A DNA stretch of 64,000 bases, from assembly GCA_903829945.1 (NCBI GenBank), contig CAIKRV010000011.1, positions 14,255 through 78,254 of the forward strand, written 5' to 3'. The position numbers and the translations under genes were made by a program. Shown here in pieces: positions 58,171 to 64,000 of the stretch (its first letter is position 1; each line of letters begins with the position of its first letter). A model generated the notes under the pieces. That model saw nothing but the letters and a program-made list of their open reading frames with translations, did not search any database and was not told the origin of the DNA. This stretch comes from an uncultured bacterium. Lineage in GTDB: Bacteria; Bacteroidota; Bacteroidia; CAILMK01.

Positions 58171-61100
58171 TTATTTTAATCGTATCAACTCTTTGGTAAT
58201 TACCTGTTCATTAATCATCATTCTTAATAAATACATTCCTTGATTTAAGGATATATCCTTTGCCTGAATTTCAATTTCATGTAAACCGGATGCCTGATTT
58301 GCCTCAACTAAAGTTCCTAAACATTTTCCATCTAAACTATAAATGGAAACTTTTACCTTGGACTGATAAGGTATTATATAACTAAGCTTTGTTTCCTCTT
58401 TAAATGGATTTGGATAAATATTTAGTTGCAGGGATTCGGAATTTAAAATTGAATTAATACCGGTAAATATTACAAGACTGGTATCAAAGCTCGATACACA
58501 ACCGTTATTATTAATACTTAAACTAATTTTATAAGTACTATCTACTGCATACGCATGCAATACATGATAAGTATTGGCAGAACTGCTGTCCCCAAAATTC
58601 CAAGTATAAGCTAGTGGGCTATAAGTAGTATCGTCTGCATTAAATAAATAAGTTCGTTTTCCGCTTAGCTTAGTAGAAAAATGCGCATTTGGAATGGGGG
58701 CAATAATAATATTCGAAGAAGTACTATCAGTACATCCGTATGAATTTTTTACGACTAAACTAACCGCATATTTTGCAGCACTTGTATAGGTATGGGAAGG
58801 CAACTTAGCAATACTTGTATTTCCATCCCCAAAATACCATTTTTGTGAGGCATAATTACTTGAGGTATCCGCAAAAGAAGTAGCAGAACCAAAACATGTT
58901 TTTCCTACAGAAATCATTGCCGTAGGCTTTGGATTTAAGACAATATTTGCAGTATTAGAATCTTTACAACCGAAATTACTGGTTTCAATAACTTTTAAAA
59001 TTCCTGTTGCTGATTTTGCATTCCAAAGAACTTGAATGGTATCCTTGGTATTGCTCCCTGAAATGCTTCCATTTAGAATTGTCCATTGATACGTAGCACC
59101 CGCATCATTTGCTGTTCCATATACTACCGAACTTCCACCACAAATTGGTGAAATAATTTTACCTATCGCAGGACTCGGACGAGTATTTACTGTTATGGTA
59201 ATAGAATCTGAATTGGAACAAGCGGTAGATGAATTGGTCTCCACCAAATAATAAGTAGTACTCACTAAAGGACTTACTTTATTAGAACTATTGCCGGAAG
59301 TATAACCTGCCGGATGGCTGGTCCAAGAATAAGAATTACCACTTACAGATACTGATCCAATGGTAGTAGAATCCCCATGACAAATTGCAACTGATGAACC
59401 TGTAATTGCTTTTGGCAATGCATTTATTTGCACCGTATCTGTTGTAGAATCAGCACAAGAATTTGAATTTGTTTCCACTAATTTTATCCATGCCTTGCCT
59501 GCACTTCCCCAGGTTATGCCTACAGTGTTAGTACCGGCACCTGTGCTCAAGGTTCCTCCGTTGAGCGACCAGGAATATTTATTTCCCGTACTTGATGCAC
59601 TATATGTTTGGGAGGCAGCAGCACAAACATTCAGCTTACCATTAATTTTTGCTTTAGGACTACTATTAATGGTCACAGAAGTAGAACCGGCAGCACTGGT
59701 ACAAGAACCAACTGTTACGGTAACTGAATATAATCCGGAATCTAATTTTGTAACACTGCTAATGCTTGGATTTTGTGTGCTGGAACTAAAACTATTTGGT
59801 CCTGTCCAACTATAGCTGCCACCTGATACTGTACTTGCGGTTAAATTTAAAGTACTATAAGGACATAAAGGCCCATTATTTGATGCAGTAGGTGCCGCCG
59901 GAGTTGCATTGACGCTTACCAGCACCGAATCAGTTTTGGAACATCCGGTAGCGATAATCGTTTCTGTCAAATAATAGGTAGTTGTAGTAGTAGGGCTCAC
60001 ACTTGGATTGCTTGTAGTATCTGAAAAACCGCTTGGTGAAGAAATCCATTTATATTTACTGCCGCTCACTTTTGCTGCTCCTATGGATACAGACTTGCCG
60101 GAGCAAATGGTGGCACCGCCGGCTACTGCGGCAGCAGGTAAGGCATTCACTGTTATTTTTACAGAATCTGTTTTGCTACAGGAGGTACTACTTACCTTTT
60201 CTGTCAAATAATAAGTTGTATTTACACTTGGGCTTACACTTGGATTTGCACTGGAAGAAGTAAATCCGGAAGGATTACTGGTCCATGAATAGGTGTTTCC
60301 GACCACAGCGCTTGCACCAATAGTAGTTGTGCTACCATTACATAAACTTTGTGGTGATCCTACCAGTGCCTTCGGCGAAGTTTTCATGGTAATTACCACA
60401 CTATCCTTTTTGGAACATCCTGTGCCAGCAATCAGCTCGGTGAGATAATAAGTTGTACTTGCTAAAACAGTAATTTTAGGATTAGAGCTTGTATCACTGA
60501 AACCACTAGGATTGGAACTCCATTTATATTTATGACCACTTAAGGTACTGGCACCTAAACTTAAAATTGTATTGCTGCAAACACTGGTATCATTTGCCAC
60601 TTTTGCCAATGGTAATGGATTCACTGTAATGGTAGTAGAATCAGAATTTGAACAACCTGTTGCGCTTATTGTTTCTGTTAATTTATAGGTTGTAGTAGTA
60701 CTTGGACTAACACTAGGATTTGCAGAAGTAGAACTATATCCTGAAGGATTACTGGTCCAACTGTAAGTATGACCTGAAATACTGGCTGACCCAATAGAAA
60801 TAGAACTTCCGGTACAAATAGCTTTTGAAGCAATGACGCCGGGAGTTGGTAAAAGATTAACTGTAATTTTTACAGAATCTTTGGCTGAGCAACCAGTGGC
60901 TGTAATGGTTTCTGTTAAAGTATAAACCGTAGTAACACTTGGGGCTACGCTCGGATTACTGCCAGTAGAACTATAACCGGATGGATTACTGCTCCAGCTA
61001 TAAGTATGGCCGGAGGTGGAAGCACCACCAATGCTGACAGAAGTTCCATTACAAATGGTACTTGCTGAAGCCACTGACGGACTTGGTAATGGATTAACAG

Positions 61101-64000
61101 TAATTTTAACAGAATCCGAATTGCTGCAACCGGTAGCGGTTATTGTTTCCGTAAGCGTATAAGTTGTAGTAGCACTAGGAGAAACACTAGGATTTGAAGA
61201 GGTAGAGGAATATCCGCTTGGATTGCTGCTCCAGCTATAGGAATGTCCTGAAGTGGAACTGGAACCTATAGATACGGAATTACCTTTACAAATTGAACTT
61301 GCACTTGCTACCCCTGGCACCGGTAATGGGTTAACAGTTACTTTCACAGAATCTTTTGCACTACAACCGGTAGCTGTAATTGTTTCCGTTAATGTGAATA
61401 CAGTAGTTGAAGTAGGACTTACTGTTGGTTTACTATTGGTAGATGTATATCCACTCGGATTACTGGTCCAACTATAGGTATGTCCGGCTACAGCACTTGC
61501 CCCAATGGTGGTAGATTTACCGCTACAGATGGAACTGGCACTACCCACACTTGGGGTAGGTGCAGGATTTACAGTAATTTTAACTGAATCTGTTTTAGTA
61601 CATCCTGTAGCGCTAATGGTTTCCGTTAATTTATATGTAGTCGTTGTTGTAGGACTTACACTAGGATTGGCGCTACTAGCACTAAATCCGGAAGGATTAC
61701 TGCTCCAACTATAGGTATGACCGGAAGTAGAAGAACCACCTATCGTAGTAGATGTACCGCTACAGATAGTTGCTGCACTCCCTACCGTGGCACTCGGTAG
61801 AGGATTGACGGTTAAACTTAAAGTTGTAGTATCGTTGGCATTATTACCATCAGTAGTACCATTGGGACTGGAAGACCAGATTTTAATCGCATAAGTACCA
61901 CTGGAAAATGCATAAGAACCTAAAGATATAGAAGCAGTAGAACCGGAGCTTAAAGACCCGGTCCAACTTTTGGCCGTTTGTGTAGTACCATTCACTGACC
62001 AGTTAATAGTTGCAGAAGTCAGAGTACTTGTGCCATAATTTTCCAAAGTTGCCGATACGGAACCCGTAGCAGCACAAATTGGTGAACCAGGTGCCGTTAT
62101 GGCACTCATACCGGCATCAGTAGCTATGGCAGGGGTAAATTCATCTGCACCGATATCCGGAGTCGTTAAACTTCTGGTTTGTCCATCAATATCATCAGTG
62201 ATACCACTAATGGGGATACCTGCATTATTAATTCCGGAATTACTAACATGTAAATCCGTAGAAGAAGTGTACCCGGGATTTACACTTTTGCTATTTGAAT
62301 TCATACTGCTACCGCTAACTAAATTACTTAGGGTTGAATAGGAAGTACCATTCCAACTTGCAAGCGTAGAACCGCTGGAATAAATATTATTATAAGAACA
62401 TGCACTCACAAAAGATGAATTATAAACATATAAGGCATCTCCGCCTCCAGAATTGATAAAATTATTATTTTTAATAATAACTCCACCTGCACTTGCAGGG
62501 TAAATATACACCGCGTAGGCCGTACCTGTATTGGTACAAGAAATATTGTTATAATATATATTATCATAGGTGGCGCTATTGAGGTTAATAGCATAGGCGG
62601 TAGCCGTACCGGAAATAGTAATAAAATTATTATAAATATTAGCACTGGAATAAGAACCACTTATTCCACTTAATGAGATTCCATTATTATTTTTAACCGC
62701 GATTTTATTTTTATAAACATTTTCCGGAATGGTATTACTTGCCTCTACAATATTAATCGCATCGCCACCGGTACCGGTTAAATTCGTAATTGTATTTCTG
62801 CTGATGGTTGCCCCCACTTGATAGGAAACTTGAATACCGCGCTTATAAGCACTATCAATGGTATTTCCATCAAAAATTAATTTTTGCGTATATTCTTCGT
62901 GGATGCCTTCGTATCCATAACGAATAAGGTTATTTCTAAATAAATTCGAAGTATCGGCGGTATTATTAAAGATCGAATAAATACATCTTCCACCATTGGT
63001 ATTAGCATAATTATTTATACCGATAATGCAATTATTTAAAAAAGAATTATTGGAGGCACCATCATGCAATTGTACCACATTATAATTTGAAGCAGGTGTA
63101 CCACTACTGCTTCTTTTGATAGTAAGCTGTTTAAAAATAACCCAATTGGTACTGTCCAAATCGAATTCATAATCACCGGTAGCAGAGTTGGTATATAAAA
63201 TCACTTTAGAACTATCTGCACTTTGACTTTGGAAAGTAACGGTATTGGTAGATGAAACACCGGAAAGGCTTCCTATACGTACCACTTCATTGTAGCTTCC
63301 ATCTCTTACATTAAATACCACCGGTCCGCAAACCCCCATATTGGTTAAATCACTAATGGCAGCGGTAAAGCTTGCATAATTCGGGCTTGTACCTCCAATA
63401 GTATATGTGCCCTTCATGCAAGGACGTGGAACTTCATTTGCTCCTATACAAGGTCGAGGCGTGGTTCGAGTTATTCCATCTATATCAGTGGTAATGGCAC
63501 TATATGCTAAACCTTTATTTCTTAATCCCGTATTTGTAGCATGTAAATCTGTAGTAGTAGTATTATAATTTGGATCAATATTCAATGAATTAGTATCCGA
63601 TACTGCTCCGGTAATATGAGCTGATAAACTCGCATATTTAACACCATTCCAATAACTAAAATAAGAACCCGAGGTATATAAATTATTAAAGTTAGAAAAT
63701 ACGTTTCCTAAAATATTATAGCCATATAATGAAAAACCTCCACCCTTATTTACAAAATTATTATTGTAAAAATGAACATATGAGCCGCTTGCATTTATAT
63801 AACATGCAGCTGAAGTGCTTGCAGAAGAAGTAACATTAATATTATTAAAAACAACATCCAAATGCCCACAAGCATTTAAGTAAATACCATCGGAATAATT
63901 AGAACTGGCCACTGTGATAAAATTATTTGCAATTAATGCATTTGAGGAAATAGTAGAAGCTCCATTCTTATAGTAAATACCATATCCGCCGGGCTTATTA
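58171..64000 (-). CDS. Giant T9SS type A cargo adhesin-like protein, longer than 1,940 aa, with its N-terminus beyond the window. It has beta-helix modules, a CARDB-like domain, twelve 79-84-aa tandem repeats, two PKD domains and a Por_Secre_tail.
   Basis: The frame is open from 64000 with no stop. The track GTG at 63912 is internal (upstream it reads ...NKPGGYGIYYKNGASTIS...). The N-terminal region holds right-handed parallel beta-helix repeats (NNNFINSGGGDALYVYNS). The C-terminal sorting tail is LQLNIYPNPFKEETKLSYIIP...GMYLLRMMINEQVITKELIRLK. Confidence 0.85.
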   Translation of the reverse strand, partial: NKPGGYGIYYKNGASTISSNALIANNFITVASSNYSDGIYLNACGHLDVVFNNINVTSSASTSAACYINASGSYVHFYNNNFVNKGGGFSLYGYNILGNVFSNFNNLYTSGSYFSYWNGVKYASLSAHITGAVSDTNSLNIDPNYNTTTTDLHATNTGLRNKGLAYSAITTDIDGITRTTPRPCIGANEVPRPCMKGTYTIGGTSPNYASFTAAISDLTNMGVCGPVVFNVRDGSYNEVVRIGSLSGVSSTNTVTFQSQSADSSKVILYTNSATGDYEFDLDSTNWVIFKQLTIKRSSSGTPASNYNVVQLHDGASNNSFLNNCIIGINNYANTNGGRCIYSIFNNTADTSNLFRNNLIRYGYEGIHEEYTQKLIFDGNTIDSAYKRGIQVSYQVGATISRNTITNLTGTGGDAINIVEASNTIPENVYKNKIAVKNNNGISLSGISGSYSSANIYNNFITISGTATAYAINLNSATYDNIYYNNISCTNTGTAYAVYIYPASAGGVIIKNNNFINSGGGDALYVYNSSFVSACSYNNIYSSGSTLASWNGTSYSTLSNLVSGSSMNSNSKSVNPGYTSSTDLHVSNSGINNAGIPISGITDDIDGQTRSLTTPDIGADEFTPAIATDAGMSAITAPGSPICAATGSVSATLENYGTSTLTSATINWSVNGTTQTAKSWTGSLSSGSTASISLGSYAFSSGTYAIKIWSSSPNGTTDGNNANDTTTLSLTVNPLPSATVGSAATICSGTSTTIGGSSTSGHTYSWSSNPSGFSASSANPSVSPTTTTTYKLTETISATGCTKTDSVKITVNPAPTPSVGSASSICSGKSTTIGASAVAGHTYSWTSNPSGYTSTNSKPTVSPTSTTVFTLTETITATGCSAKDSVKVTVNPLPVPGVASASSICKGNSVSIGSSSTSGHSYSWSSNPSGYSSTSSNPSVSPSATTTYTLTETITATGCSNSDSVKITVNPLPSPSVASASTICNGTSVSIGGASTSGHTYSWSSNPSGYSSTGSNPSVAPSVTTVYTLTETITATGCSAKDSVKITVNLLPTPGVIASKAICTGSSISIGSASISGHTYSWTSNPSGYSSTSANPSVSPSTTTTYKLTETISATGCSNSDSTTITVNPLPLAKVANDTSVCSNTILSLGASTLSGHKYKWSSNPSGFSDTSSNPKITVLASTTYYLTELIAGTGCSKKDSVVITMKTSPKALVGSPQSLCNGSTTTIGASAVVGNTYSWTSNPSGFTSSSANPSVSPSVNTTYYLTEKVSSTSCSKTDSVKITVNALPAAAVAGGATICSGKSVSIGAAKVSGSKYKWISSPSGFSDTTSNPSVSPTTTTTYYLTETIIATGCSKTDSVLVSVNATPAAPTASNNGPLCPYSTLNLTASTVSGGSYSWTGPNSFSSSTQNPSISSVTKLDSGLYSVTVTVGSCTSAAGSTSVTINSSPKAKINGKLNVCAAASQTYSASSTGNKYSWSLNGGTLSTGAGTNTVGITWGSAGKAWIKLVETNSNSCADSTTDTVQINALPKAITGSSVAICHGDSTTIGSVSVSGNSYSWTSHPAGYTSGNSSNKVSPLVSTTYYLVETNSSTACSNSDSITITVNTRPSPAIGKIISPICGGSSVVYGTANDAGATYQWTILNGSISGSNTKDTIQVLWNAKSATGILKVIETSNFGCKDSNTANIVLNPKPTAMISVGKTCFGSATSFADTSSNYASQKWYFGDGNTSIAKLPSHTYTSAAKYAVSLVVKNSYGCTDSTSSNIIIAPIPNAHFSTKLSGKRTYLFNADDTTYSPLAYTWNFGDSSSANTYHVLHAYAVDSTYKISLSINNNGCVSSFDTSLVIFTGINSILNSESLQLNIYPNPFKEETKLSYIIPYQSKVKVSIYSLDGKCLGTLVEANQASGLHEIEIQAKDISLNQGMYLLRMMINEQVITKELIRLK
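58936..61806 (-). repeat. Twelve in-frame tandem coding repeats inside the giant T9SS gene. Eight are well conserved at 237 bp each (59911..61806) and four are more divergent at 237-252 bp.
   Basis: The repeat consensus is NPLP-x-VGSA-x-ICSGxSTTIGxSSTSGHTYSWSSNPSGYSSTSSNPSVSPSxTTTYTLTETITATGCSxxDSVKITV. Phase was checked by translation: repeat 1 starts at AAT 61806 and repeat 3 at AAC 61332. Confidence 0.8.

Noticed and set aside
61253-61714. Plus-strand ORFs of 60-106 aa inside the giant minus-strand gene (59495..59815, 60008..60263, 61253..61477, 61505..61714, 62099..62341).
   Set aside because: They are antisense shadows of the 237-bp coding repeats. They repeat with the same period and have Leu/Val/Pro-rich nonsense composition. 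They are not independent genes.
1-64000. Search for tRNA, rRNA, tmRNA, RNase P, CRISPR arrays, transposases and integrases.
   Set aside because: No intergenic region is longer than about 220 bp and none has tRNA-like GC content or a GTTCGAATC-type T-loop. No direct-repeat and spacer arrays were seen. No ORF resembles a transposase or integrase. The window appears to be core chromosome.

Overview
The window reads as a low-GC (about 35%) Bacteroidota chromosome segment, probably Sphingobacteriia, Chitinophagia or Flavobacteriia. The taxon call rests on the AT-rich codon usage, the absence of Shine-Dalgarno sites, TAnnTTTG-type -7 promoter boxes, and three large type IX secretion system (T9SS) cargo proteins. 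I call about 48 protein genes, mostly housekeeping or cell-envelope functions. No rRNA, tRNA, CRISPR array, transposase or integrase is detectable. Named genes are serS, recQ, ftsE, tatA, gatA, a D-Ala-D-Ala ligase family protein (Ddl-like), dsbD, gmhA, apaG, a beta-carbonic anhydrase and a fatty-acid desaturase. Also present are a ligase-associated DNA damage response pair (MBL-fold exonuclease plus ATP-dependent DNA ligase, cut off at the window start), two MBOAT O-acyltransferase paralogs, several glycosyltransferases, an M16 peptidase, an S41 tail-specific protease and a lytic transglycosylase. Five observations stand out. (1) A SET-domain methyltransferase gene is frameshifted at an A7 homopolymer and overlaps, start on stop, a small Rieske-like lipoprotein gene whose iron-sulfur box I has Tyr in place of His. 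(2) A four-gene overlapping operon reads BatA_N-domain membrane protein, dihydroorotase-like protein without the HxH metal site, DUF4199 membrane protein, GT2 polyprenyl-phosphate glycosyltransferase. (3) A 902-aa protein carries two complete D-Ala-D-Ala ligase (ATP-grasp) modules, and its 3' end overlaps the gene for a membrane protein with PASTA peptidoglycan-binding domains. (4) A free-standing paralog of the DsbD N-terminal domain sits immediately upstream of full-length dsbD. (5) A T9SS adhesin-like protein longer than 1,940 aa runs off the window end; it has a duplicated beta-helix module and twelve tandem 79-aa (237-bp) repeats. Several strong bidirectional rho-independent terminators and a few candidate operator palindromes are visible. 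All functional calls come from motif reading of the translated ORFs without any database search, so confidences are moderate.
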